64,000 nucleotides of DNA from an uncultured virus (IMG/VR IMGVR_UViG_3300018475_001996) (IMGVR_UViG_3300018475_001996:1-64000); one strand, 5' to 3'; shown: positions 8,844-17,522, numbered from the stretch's first letter. A program made the numbers and translations. The notes: generated by a model from the letters alone, not told the origin.

Positions 8844-8931
8844 TTGAGGCGGCTGGATTTGAACCAGCGATGTGTCATTAACCGTACAGGATTCAAAGTC
8901 CCGCGCCTTCACCGGACTAGGCAACGCCTCA
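8844..8931 (-). tRNA. tRNA-Gln(TTG) with extended variable region
   Basis: TGAGGCG/CGCCTCA acceptor, CGGGA-CTTTGAA-TCCTG anticodon arm, ~18-nt variable region. Confidence 0.85.
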
Positions 8932-8940
8932 ATAATTTAG

Positions 8941-9014
8941 TACCCGAGGTGAGACTCGAACTCACAGGTGCGGATTAGAAGTCCGCTCGTTTGATCCTAT
9001 TAACGGACCCGGGC
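8941..9014 (-). tRNA. tRNA-Arg(TCT)
   Basis: GCGGA-CTTCTAA-TCCGC anticodon arm, GTGAG-TTCGAGT-CTCAC T arm. Confidence 0.85.
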
Positions 9015-9020
9015 AAAATA

Positions 9021-9106
9021 TCGGCATACAAGGAGTCGAACCTTCCCGGACCGCCCTGGTGTTTGCTACGGGCCGGTTTATAAGACCGGTCCAAGGGAGT
9101 ATGCCA
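9021..9106 (-). tRNA. non-canonical tRNA-Ile(TAT), no D arm, large variable arm
   Basis: GGCATAC/GTATGCC acceptor, CCGGT-CTTATAA-ACCGG anticodon arm, TTCGACT T-loop; only ~9-10 nt where the D arm should be. Confidence 0.7.
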
Positions 9107-9145
9107 ATGTAGTTTGTTTAAAGTGAGTAGCTCTCTCACTGTTCG

Positions 9146-9217
9146 TGGACCTATCCAGACTCGAACTGGAATCCGAAGATTAAAAGTCTCCTCGTCTACC
9201 TATTGACATATAGATCC
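9146..9217 (-). tRNA. tRNA-Lys(TTT)
   Basis: GGATCTA/TAGGTCC acceptor, GGAGA-CTTTTAA-TCTTC anticodon arm. Confidence 0.85.
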
Positions 9218-9224
9218 AAAGTAA

Positions 9225-9300
9225 TTGGGGCAGAGAGATTCGAACTCCCGAATAACGATTTCAGAGACCGTTGCCTTAAACCAGACTTGGCGATACCCCA
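9225..9300 (-). tRNA. tRNA-Gln(CTG)
   Basis: TGGGGTA acceptor, ACGGT-CTCTGAA-ATCGT anticodon arm, canonical T arm. Confidence 0.9.
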
Positions 9301-9306
9301 GTATAT

Positions 9307-9339
9307 AAAAAACAGTTCCTGTATTGCTACAGGAACCGT
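9307..9339 (-). terminator. intrinsic terminator (attenuator) directly upstream of tRNA array 2
   Basis: ACGGTTCCTGTA-GCAA-TACAGGAACTGT followed by TTTTT. Confidence 0.85.
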
Positions 9340-9366
9340 CTAATCAGATAAAGTGAAACTTATCGT

Positions 9367-9444
9367 CTATTCGCTACCCATAGCAAAACACACAGCAACT
9401 TGCTGTTTTCTTATCTGTTTTACTTGTTTAACGAACCTTAACAT
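9367..9444 (-). CDS. putative attenuator leader peptide MLRFVKQVKQIRKQQVAVCFAMGSE (Lys/Gln/Ile/Arg-rich)
   Basis: 25-codon ORF with AAAGGA RBS; TTGCTATGGG near its end pairs with CCTGTAGCAA of the terminator. Confidence 0.8.
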   Translation of the reverse strand: MLRFVKQVKQIRKQQVAVCFAMGSE

Positions 9445-9464
9445 TTTTCTGTTATCCTTTTGAT

Positions 9465-9530
9465 ATTATATATAGTTTTTATTTTTTAATTTTCGCTATA
9501 TAATATAGCAAAAACTTTTTCTTTTGTAAA
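9465..9530 (-). promoter_or_regulatory. tandem promoters for array 2: TTTACA-17-TATATT and TATATATAAT
   Basis: -35 at 9525-9530, -10 at 9502-9507; shares TTTTAGGGGTTTACAAAAG with the array 1 promoter. Confidence 0.7.
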
Positions 9531-9549
9531 CCCCTAAAAGGAAAATTTT

Positions 9550-9990
9550 TTAGTGGTTATCGTTATCAATGATAATCTTGGATTCAGGACAGAATACAAA
9601 ATTAAACAAAGCTTCCGGGTCACGAATGAATGCGCCAAGCATTGTTGCACGATAAACGCTCTGATGGTCAATATAACCTGAAATACCTTCAGTTGTTTCA
9701 GGAAGAACCAATGTAACCTGCTTGGAAGCAAAATATTCGATAACCTTATCTTTTTCAGTTTCATAACAGTCTGAAAGACCGCCATCCATACTGACAGCTA
9801 CAAGCCAGTAATCCAACAATTCAGCAGGGGTTTCCAATACCTCATAACCCCAGTCATAGTTTCCGGAACCTTCTACTTTGATAGTGCAAGGTTCTACATG
9901 AAGGTTCGCGTATGCGCTCGCACACGGGTAACAAATTTCATGCTGAGACGAACTATTTGTTTCAAACACACCAACTCTAAGAGTTTTCAT
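9550..9990 (-). CDS. hypothetical protein with RxGVFETNSSSxH motif
   Basis: N-terminal FETNSSS motif and GYIDHQS; same gene block as the radical SAM gene. Confidence 0.65.
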   Translation of the reverse strand: MKTLRVGVFETNSSSQHEICYPCASAYANLHVEPCTIKVEGSGNYDWGYEVLETPAELLDYWLVAVSMDGGLSDCYETEKDKVIEYFASKQVTLVLPETTEGISGYIDHQSVYRATMLGAFIRDPEALFNFVFCPESKIIIDNDNH

Positions 9991-10002
9991 CTTTTCCTCA
10001 CT

Positions 10003-10590
10003 TTAAATTACATAGATTGAATAAACTTCGTTTAGGTCTATATTTTCATACTTAGTTGAAAGTTCACTGTCTGGAATAATATCGAACCTTTTATGCCCGT
10101 CTTTAAATTCGACTTGAACAACGGAATATGGAGTAAATTCATGTTTCTTATCTTTAACAATATCGTAAAGAACATTTAATGACGCCAACCATTCACCGTA
10201 GTTTTTATAATGCGCACGATAAACGGTATTTAACGGAGTTTCTTCACGTTGCCAAATCTTTGAATCATCAAATCGTTTTTCAATTTCCTTATCCAAATCA
10301 TAAAACATAATATACATATTTTTGGAGGCGCCAATATGACCTCCACATGAAAATTTTGTTTTACAACCGTTATCGTTAAGAACCATCAGCGGGTATGCAA
10401 TGGCCTCGTCGATAACATTAAAACCTGCTTCGGCCAGCTGAGTTAAAAGCTTCATACGGTCAGAAGCACGGCAACTCAAGTATCGTCTTTTCTTGAAATC
10501 CACAAAAGTCTGGATTTCTGCAGTTGCATAATGAATTTCACTATCGGTCATATTTTTATCCCAATTTATCGAGCATATCGACAAGTTCAA
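10003..10590 (-). CDS. hypothetical protein (TKFSCGGH motif, TYW3-like fold possible)
   Basis: IDxxI..LN..G.KTKFSCGGH. Confidence 0.5.
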   Translation of the reverse strand: MNLSICSINWDKNMTDSEIHYATAEIQTFVDFKKRRYLSCRASDRMKLLTQLAEAGFNVIDEAIAYPLMVLNDNGCKTKFSCGGHIGASKNMYIMFYDLDKEIEKRFDDSKIWQREETPLNTVYRAHYKNYGEWLASLNVLYDIVKDKKHEFTPYSVVQVEFKDGHKRFDIIPDSELSTKYENIDLNEVYSIYVI

Positions 10591-10906
10591 CGTTTTTTAT
10601 TTTAGCCATTACACGCTCAGGTACTCTTTCATTTTCAAAAATATAAGCAAGATTTACACAGGGCTTTCCTAGGACACACAAATATAGGTCGTTCATTACG
10701 GACTTATTATAATATGTCCAAGTTTGATACCACGAATCATTTATTTTTTCTTTTCCATATACGGATAGGTATTTTTTACCGTTATAGTCTTCAAGGGTAT
10801 GTATACTAAGATTGGTGTCTCCCCAATACGGATAATAAACCCTATATTCATTATTTTTAAGAAAATAGGCTACATAAACGTTTTTGCTATAATTCCAACC
10901 AATCAT
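10556..10906 (-). CDS. hypothetical protein
   Basis: ORF in operon. Confidence 0.5.
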   Translation of the reverse strand: MIGWNYSKNVYVAYFLKNNEYRVYYPYWGDTNLSIHTLEDYNGKKYLSVYGKEKINDSWYQTWTYYNKSVMNDLYLCVLGKPCVNLAYIFENERVPERVMAKIKNVELVDMLDKLG

Positions 10907-11265
10907 TTTAAATTACTTTCAATCTGTAAAAGTGTTTTAATATTACTGAGTTTATAATATGCCTTTTCACAAAGTTCTTTATTGTAATTAAACAAGTCTT
11001 CAAAATGCAAATACTTCTTTCCTTCTATCGAAAGAAATAACGACCTGCTGAAATCTGTATTTTCAAATACAGTCCAATGCTCGTATGACCTATCATCTAT
11101 ATTTTTTAGGCCACTTATTGCCCAAGACCCGGCATGAAAATTACGTGACATTGCATTAAATAATTTTTCAAAATTATCCAACAGTGGATAACAAACACGA
11201 AATAACTCTTTTCCGCGTTTATCTTCTAAACCAAAATATACGTCTTTAGTAACTAAAACTAGCAT
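10903..11265 (-). CDS. hypothetical protein
   Basis: ORF in operon. Confidence 0.5.
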   Translation of the reverse strand: MLVLVTKDVYFGLEDKRGKELFRVCYPLLDNFEKLFNAMSRNFHAGSWAISGLKNIDDRSYEHWTVFENTDFSRSLFLSIEGKKYLHFEDLFNYNKELCEKAYYKLSNIKTLLQIESNLK

Positions 11266-12296
11266 TTTTTAATAGACAGTTTAAAAAGTTCTCTGATATT
11301 TTCATCGCCATTAAACGACCACCGCTTATCCATAGGTGCGGTAGAACTTCTGGCTACTTGCATATTCGGTACGTCGATATACATGGTAGAACAGGTAATA
11401 TTATACATGTCGTCCATCGTATCATCGTCATGACCCTGGAATAGCGTATTCCATGTTGCCTGGTTAGTCCGTACGGCCTTTTGCGGATTAACCTGATAAA
11501 TACCTAGGTCATCAAAAGAAATGGTCTGTGCCTTGAATGTGAGCAAATGGAGCACATCCTTTAGCCAGTTGATATTCCGTTCAATCTTCTCGTAATTCTT
11601 AAACTTATGTTCATGTCCACGACGAAGATCCTTATAACCGAGGAACAGAATCTTTCTGTTCTTGATTACGTCTACATCCTTTTCTTCAAAAATACCGGCA
11701 ATGAACTGAAGAACGACATTATTACCCAAAGTATCAAGAAATTCAAAATCTTCTTTTTTACTGGAATCGGTTACAGAAACACCGATACCGTTTACAAGAT
11801 TTTCAGATACAATCTTCATGAGAGTATCTTTAAACGGTTTCAAATGCTGCTGGTTAACCGTAATGTTTGTAATGATTCCTTGTTTCTTCAAAAGCTCGAG
11901 GAACCAAATCAAGTCAGGATGTTCGAAAATATTTCCGCCGCCGATAGCGACTTCGGTACCAGGCTGTAAGGTTTTAATCATCGGTTCAATTCTTTTCAAA
12001 TCACCATGTTTTCCGTTAATCGTCGAACCTTCATGGCAATATTTACAACCGCCATTACATACATCCGTAATTTTAATATCAAAATTCTCACAGAACTCAT
12101 AAGTCATATGGTCTGTATCGACATCTACCCAACGGTTAACTCTTTTACCGTCAGAATTCATTTCATTGATATAATAACCAGTTTCTTTTAACTTTGAACC
12201 ATCTTCATAAAGAATAGTTCTATGATTACCATTTACATACTGGCCTAAAATCTTTTTGCCCTTGGTAAATAGTTCAATAACTTCATCCTGCTTCAT
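11259..12296 (-). CDS. radical SAM protein
   Basis: CNGGCKYCHE (CxxxCxxC) and AIGGG motifs. Confidence 0.85.
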   Translation of the reverse strand: MKQDEVIELFTKGKKILGQYVNGNHRTILYEDGSKLKETGYYINEMNSDGKRVNRWVDVDTDHMTYEFCENFDIKITDVCNGGCKYCHEGSTINGKHGDLKRIEPMIKTLQPGTEVAIGGGNIFEHPDLIWFLELLKKQGIITNITVNQQHLKPFKDTLMKIVSENLVNGIGVSVTDSSKKEDFEFLDTLGNNVVLQFIAGIFEEKDVDVIKNRKILFLGYKDLRRGHEHKFKNYEKIERNINWLKDVLHLLTFKAQTISFDDLGIYQVNPQKAVRTNQATWNTLFQGHDDDTMDDMYNITCSTMYIDVPNMQVARSSTAPMDKRWSFNGDENIRELFKLSIKKC

Positions 12297-12341
12297 AAAC
12301 CTAAATATAGTAAAAATAAAACGGGCTGTAAACCCGTTTTA

Positions 12342-12668
12342 TTAAACCAAGCGTCCGCACTTATCGAACAGTTCAGGATGTTTATCCTTAACCCGTTCAT
12401 ATTCGTTCATAAGCTGAACATAATGACGTGACGCGTCGTCCAGATAAACCATCTTCTGGTCAAGTTCGTCCTTTATAGCCTTCATCGGAATTGCTTCAAA
12501 CGGAAGGAAAACAAAAGACGGACTAATATAATCCGGATGCTGTGCCTTAACAGTCGAAAGCTTTTCAAACTGTTCATTATAATGTTCACGTAATGTATTC
12601 AAACGATTATTGGCTGTTTCAAGATTAGCCTTTTTACGTTCCATACTTTCAGTTAATGTTTCTACCAT
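12342..12668 (-). CDS. hypothetical protein
   Basis: ORF with GAGG RBS. Confidence 0.55.
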   Translation of the reverse strand: MVETLTESMERKKANLETANNRLNTLREHYNEQFEKLSTVKAQHPDYISPSFVFLPFEAIPMKAIKDELDQKMVYLDDASRHYVQLMNEYERVKDKHPELFDKCGRLV

Positions 12669-12675
12669 ATTTTCC

Positions 12676-13196
12676 TCACAAATTTTTATCTATGACTTTT
12701 TCTAAATATTTATTATAACAGATGACCTCATGTTTGACTAAATCTTTTGCTTTCAATTCGTCCAACAATACCTGGGCCTTTTTCATGCTGAGAATGTTCC
12801 CGCTTTCAAATACTTCAACCGGAATACCGTTATATAATGTAGTTAATGTAAAATTCAAAAATACTACATTACTGTTAAACTTGAGCGCGAACTTCAGTCT
12901 ATCGCATATATCCGGATATTTATTACAATAACTCCAAGTAAAATATTCGATAAGGTCGTTACCTATGACGTTTAGTTTTCCGTCATGGATATTAAACCAA
13001 TTAGCTACGGCAAAACCACCGCCGATTACAGTACCAATGGCAAGTAGTATCGCAATAGTTCTAATAACATCATTTTCTGACTTACTGGCTATTGTAATCA
13101 AAACTGCACTAGATACCAGAGCAATACCGAATACTCCGCAGATAAAATACCAAAGGCCAGCTTTACTTGGTTTCAACCATTCAATGTTCTTCATAT
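12676..13196 (-). CDS. hypothetical membrane protein
   Basis: Two TM segments; likely start MKNIEW. Confidence 0.55.
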
Positions 13197-13624
13197 TAAA
13201 TATTCTGTAAAATTTCGTTAGTATACTGTTCGCTTGCAAACTTACAATAATCAAAAGCATCTACATTGGTAAGTCTTTTTCTGGCTTTCCTAATTTGATA
13301 AACCGTACAGATTCGAGCGGTCTCAGTATCAAAATATAGATATTCTTTCAATTTATCATCGTTCGGCTTATATAAAACCTTTATCTGGAAATTAAATGAA
13401 CGAGAAAACCATTTTGAACATTTATAACGTTTGTCGACATATACTGAACAGTTTTCAGGAAGATCATTATCCTTCATACTAACAAATAAATCATTCAGCT
13501 GATTGGCCAATTTTTCTAACATACGGTCATGTAAAGATGTTAAAACCATCGGAATTAAAACAGACAGCTGAATTGTTAGCGTTAGTAATTTAGTTACGAG
13601 TTCAAAAATTTCTACACCGCTCAT
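13196..13624 (-). CDS. hypothetical membrane protein
   Basis: N-terminal TM segment. Confidence 0.5.
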   Translation of the reverse strand: MSGVEIFELVTKLLTLTIQLSVLIPMVLTSLHDRMLEKLANQLNDLFVSMKDNDLPENCSVYVDKRYKCSKWFSRSFNFQIKVLYKPNDDKLKEYLYFDTETARICTVYQIRKARKRLTNVDAFDYCKFASEQYTNEILQNI

Positions 13625-13905
13625 TAAGGATTATCCTCCGCATATTCTTCAGCAGTGTTATAATGTTTCCAGTATGTGATATGGTGCTTTCCAGACCATG
13701 TACCCTTACAGATAACGTTATCCTTAAGCTTTGCAAGGATCTTTTCGAGATTTTCCTTTTCATCTACTTCAATCTTTGCAATATCCCAGCGAGGAAATTC
13801 TTTCCATTTACGCCAGTCAAAGCTATCCCATGGATTTTCGGAAGTTTTTTCAGCCTTCGTAGATACATCGGACGTATGTTTAAGTTCTGCTTCTACAATC
13901 TTCAT
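13624..13905 (-). CDS. hypothetical protein
   Basis: ORF directly downstream of a promoter. Confidence 0.55.
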   Translation of the reverse strand: MKIVEAELKHTSDVSTKAEKTSENPWDSFDWRKWKEFPRWDIAKIEVDEKENLEKILAKLKDNVICKGTWSGKHHITYWKHYNTAEEYAEDNP

Positions 13906-13973
13906 ACACTAAATATAATAAAAACTAGGCACTTTGTCAATGCCTAGTTTTATTTAATATGTTATTTCAGAAA

Positions 13974-14438
13974 TTACTTGCTACGAATGGTGAATTCGAA
14001 CGGCTTTTCCTCTTCAGTCTTCTGAATTGCCGGAATCGTAATGGTCAAAAGACCGTTTTCGATAACAGCGTCGAGCTTGTCGAGGTCGACCGTGTTAGGA
14101 ATCTTCCATGCGCCATGCTTAGTAATCTTAATCTTTTTGATTTCGACTAGACGCTTGCTGGCTTTTTCCTCTTCAGCCTTCTTTTCATCTTCTGTCTGTT
14201 CGTCTTCCTGAAGGTCGAAAATCAAGTAATTGACTCCATCCTTGACCTGCTTTGTAAGCTTTACGTTCTTTTCGGTCTTGCCAGGAATTGCCAACCTGAT
14301 AATATTCGTACCGTCTTCTTCGACAATCATATCTACCGGAAGAGTAATCTTCTTCATGGTTTCTTCGACAGGATTATATCCCTGCATTGTCAAGAATGGT
14401 GTGAAAAGAGAATCAAATACGTTAAATAATTCGTTCAT
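13974..14438 (-). CDS. small heat-shock protein (Hsp20/alpha-crystallin)
   Basis: PVDM...LAIPG and AVIENGLLTITIP motifs; likely start MNELF after AAAGGA. Confidence 0.85.
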   Translation of the reverse strand: MNELFNVFDSLFTPFLTMQGYNPVEETMKKITLPVDMIVEEDGTNIIRLAIPGKTEKNVKLTKQVKDGVNYLIFDLQEDEQTEDEKKAEEEKASKRLVEIKKIKITKHGAWKIPNTVDLDKLDAVIENGLLTITIPAIQKTEEEKPFEFTIRSK

Positions 14439-14575
14439 TTTATTTATCCTTTGGGACCGGTTTCCGTGTCCCTGTTCGCTTCCATTGTTATACCGAATTC
14501 CGAACTTTCGTGAATCCGGTTTCGGCCGTCGAAGCATAACGGCCAAAACTTCTCGTATTCGCTTTATTTATAATT

Positions 14576-15721
14576 TTATTTCGACGGTTCTTGCATTACC
14601 GCACCGGTATGGACATTGATGTCCCAATACTGCATGGCGTTACGGAACCATTCTACCTGTTCCAAAGAAATCGGAGCATAACGGTGATAGTCGATACCAA
14701 GGTCAAAACCGTTAGTCTTTGCAAAGTTTCTGCCATGGATATGTCCGAACAACGTAATATACTTATCCTTTCCGAATTTCTTATCTGCTTCTACAACATA
14801 AGGGTTGATAGGCTCATGTACGCAGAGATAGTTCTTCTTATTCGCAGTAAATGTGTAGTAATCTACGAATTCGACATTTTCGATACCCTTGGCGAGCTTC
14901 TTATACTTGTCGTAATCCCTACGTTCGTAGTTACCGCAAACCCAGATAAGCTTCTTGAAATTCAAGTTATTGATAATTTCCTTACAACGTTCGAATTCGC
15001 CGAAATCACCGCAATGAACAACCGTGTCCTGCATGGTTACGTTCTTATTCCAGTTAGAAATCATCTCAAGATCCATTTCGTCTACGTTGACAAACGGACG
15101 TCTGGAATAATTAAGAGTACGTTCCTGGCTGAAATGAGTATCGGATGTAAAATACATCGTACCCTTACGCTTGGTGGCGTCAACCGCATTCTTCAAGGTC
15201 TTATAAAGAGTAGATTCGTATTTCTTTCCATTTTCCTTGAGACGGACAGCAATATATTCGTTATGTTCCGCATTTTTCGGCCAGCCAAAGAAAGTATTTG
15301 GTTTCTTAAACCATTCGCCAAATTCAATATTGGTAGTACGAGCAGGATGTTCCTTGCTTCTAGGAATCCAGAATACAATAGCGGTAGCCGTAGACATAGC
15401 CGTATGTTCCCACCAGGTTTGCTGACCTAGAGCATCAGTACCGATAATCTTCTGATAATTTTCATTAGTCGGAGTCAATACAGTTCCGGTAAATCCAATC
15501 TTTTCAAGAAGGTCGAAGGCTTCATATCGCCAGTCGTCGGAATAATCCTTACGAGGGCATGGTCCAGCAAGAAAAATAGAATTCTTGCATTTTTCAATTT
15601 TGTTAAATTCACCCTTGGTATTACAAGGCTTGATAATTTTGAAGTGGTAGTTATTTTTCTTTTCATTAATCATAAAGCTAGGTACTTTATTGTTTAGGTA
15701 TTCATGTATTGTTTCTTTCAT
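14576..15721 (-). CDS. fusion of nucleoside 2-deoxyribosyltransferase-like domain and calcineurin-like phosphoesterase
   Basis: SIFLAGP...WE...TTNIEFG, then SDTHF, HCGDF, GNYE and GHIH motifs. Confidence 0.8.
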   Translation of the reverse strand: MKETIHEYLNNKVPSFMINEKKNNYHFKIIKPCNTKGEFNKIEKCKNSIFLAGPCPRKDYSDDWRYEAFDLLEKIGFTGTVLTPTNENYQKIIGTDALGQQTWWEHTAMSTATAIVFWIPRSKEHPARTTNIEFGEWFKKPNTFFGWPKNAEHNEYIAVRLKENGKKYESTLYKTLKNAVDATKRKGTMYFTSDTHFSQERTLNYSRRPFVNVDEMDLEMISNWNKNVTMQDTVVHCGDFGEFERCKEIINNLNFKKLIWVCGNYERRDYDKYKKLAKGIENVEFVDYYTFTANKKNYLCVHEPINPYVVEADKKFGKDKYITLFGHIHGRNFAKTNGFDLGIDYHRYAPISLEQVEWFRNAMQYWDINVHTGAVMQEPSK

Positions 15722-15764
15722 ACTGTATTTATTTTATGTTATTACTATCTTTTGGATAATGTTG

Positions 15765-16062
15765 AACGGAGAGATCTAGCCTAGCAGGAATCACTAGACT
15801 AAACACAGCTACTCTACTTTTGGCATAAAGTTTCGCGTGTCAATCTGGGGGACTTATGAACACTCTTACTGGTCGGTCATCCTGTACTCAGGCTACATAG
15901 TGTTCAGCCATGGCGGCAAGTGTATAGTTTGCTAAGCTATACTCGATAATCGAATCGCCTTTAACGTATACTTCCGATTTCAAAGTATACAGCGGCTTAG
16001 CCTCTACCGATAATACCATTGGATTGGATTTCGTTCCGAGGACTAAGGCTCGAATGTCAGGT
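15765..16062 (-). ncRNA. candidate structured non-coding RNA (~300 nt), family unknown
   Basis: GC-richer intergenic stretch after a TATATT -10 box, several hairpins, no ORF of 60 aa or more. Confidence 0.5.
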
Positions 16063-16128
16063 TAAATATAGTAAAAAAGAAAAAGCACCTATTTTCATAG
16101 GTGCTTTAAAATTTGGATTTTCTTTTCT

Positions 16129-17109
16129 TTACGGTACGTAAAGGATTGTAGGGTTGTCATGGTGTATATCCATTTGTTTCATCCAGATACCCTTGCTGAG
16201 ACAGTGTTGGTGCCAAAGCTGTTTGAAATCGTCAAAGTCTAACTTACTGACATGGATAATAGTCTTATTCTTGTCGATAACATCAACTGTAACGTCATTA
16301 CAAACACCTTTAGCGAGATTTGCAAAATCATCAGCATGCTTCAAATACATACCTGTAAGGCTAAAGTGATACATAGGATCAGGGTCCGCATTTTCTTTCT
16401 TTACTTGCGGAAGCGGAGCAGTAATCTTGTTTTCAAGAACATAAGTCTGCCACGACCTGCCGAAAGCGGCTAAGTTAAACGGACGAACGATAATATGCTT
16501 ACCAGATTTTGTCGGAAGCGTAAAGAAGTTTTTCTCGATATGATGCTTCTTAGCTTCTTCGAAAGTAATAGCCGAAAGATTCTGTAATGTTTCAATATTC
16601 GACTTATGCGGTTCACATGCACAAATCATATTAACAATATCAGATTCGAACGGAATGTATTCCTTATCGAGGTCAACCACCCAAGTCTTGTGGTCACCGG
16701 CATTGTTAACTGAACCGTTTGCCGAAGCAATCATGTGATATGGACTTCCAAAAGTATCGCTCTTAAGTTGCTTTACAAGCATATCGAGAGCTTCGATAGC
16801 GATACCGCGGTAAGTACGCTTATTGAGTCGAATATAGGCTCGTACGTTCTGGACCTTACAGAGAGCAACCATTTCATTCTTGAGCTCAAGAAGATGGTCT
16901 GCGGAATGAATAAGGTAGTCCTTGAGTGAACGGCTATGCATGTTGCCATGATAAGCCGGATCCGGAACACCGTTAATCATCGGGTCATCCGACTGACGAC
17001 GAAGAAGCTGAACATACCAAACATCGCCATCGGTTCTTTGACCTGAAATAGTTTCCGTTAATTCAAGATCTCTAAGATATTTTGCTACTAAATCAAAATT
17101 GTCAACCAT
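16129..17109 (-). CDS. hypothetical protein with AEP/primase-like motifs
   Basis: WVVDLD and TKSGKH motifs, C-terminal HHDNPTILY. Confidence 0.5.
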   Translation of the reverse strand: MVDNFDLVAKYLRDLELTETISGQRTDGDVWYVQLLRRQSDDPMINGVPDPAYHGNMHSRSLKDYLIHSADHLLELKNEMVALCKVQNVRAYIRLNKRTYRGIAIEALDMLVKQLKSDTFGSPYHMIASANGSVNNAGDHKTWVVDLDKEYIPFESDIVNMICACEPHKSNIETLQNLSAITFEEAKKHHIEKNFFTLPTKSGKHIIVRPFNLAAFGRSWQTYVLENKITAPLPQVKKENADPDPMYHFSLTGMYLKHADDFANLAKGVCNDVTVDVIDKNKTIIHVSKLDFDDFKQLWHQHCLSKGIWMKQMDIHHDNPTILYVP

Positions 17110-17111
17110 TA

Positions 17112-17519
17112 TTACCTCTTATTTTTAGAAGTGATATTTTTAAGTTTTTCAATACGCTTGTATTCTTTTTCAAACGCGAGAGCTATCTTATTCAAATCCG
17201 CTGTAAGAAGTTTATCAATCTTTGTAAAGATAGCAGTACGTTGATTTTCAGAATTATATGCCAGCGGAATACGAACGCGGTCATACATATCGGCAATAGT
17301 AACCCAATTAAGTTCACCGATAGTTTCTACTTCGCCAAAACAAATATACGGAATAATATCGTCATAGAACGCATCGGAAATAAATGATTCCATTTTTACA
17401 TTTTTATAAACGATATAATCGCCAAGATAAAAACCGAGCATAGGAAACTTATCTTTGATATATTTCTTTATAGCCTTAATCGGGATTATTTTGGTATTTT
17501 TTGTTACATCGATATTCAT
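17112..17519 (-). CDS. hypothetical protein
   Basis: ORF in operon. Confidence 0.5.
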   Translation of the reverse strand: MNIDVTKNTKIIPIKAIKKYIKDKFPMLGFYLGDYIVYKNVKMESFISDAFYDDIIPYICFGEVETIGELNWVTIADMYDRVRIPLAYNSENQRTAIFTKIDKLLTADLNKIALAFEKEYKRIEKLKNITSKNKR

Positions 17520-17522
17520 AAA

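Noticed and set aside
15765..16062. RNase P RNA, a second tmRNA or a group I intron
   Set aside because: No GAGGAAAGUCC-type P4 signature, no tRNA-like ends, and the flanking genes are not interrupted; kept only as an unknown ncRNA candidate.
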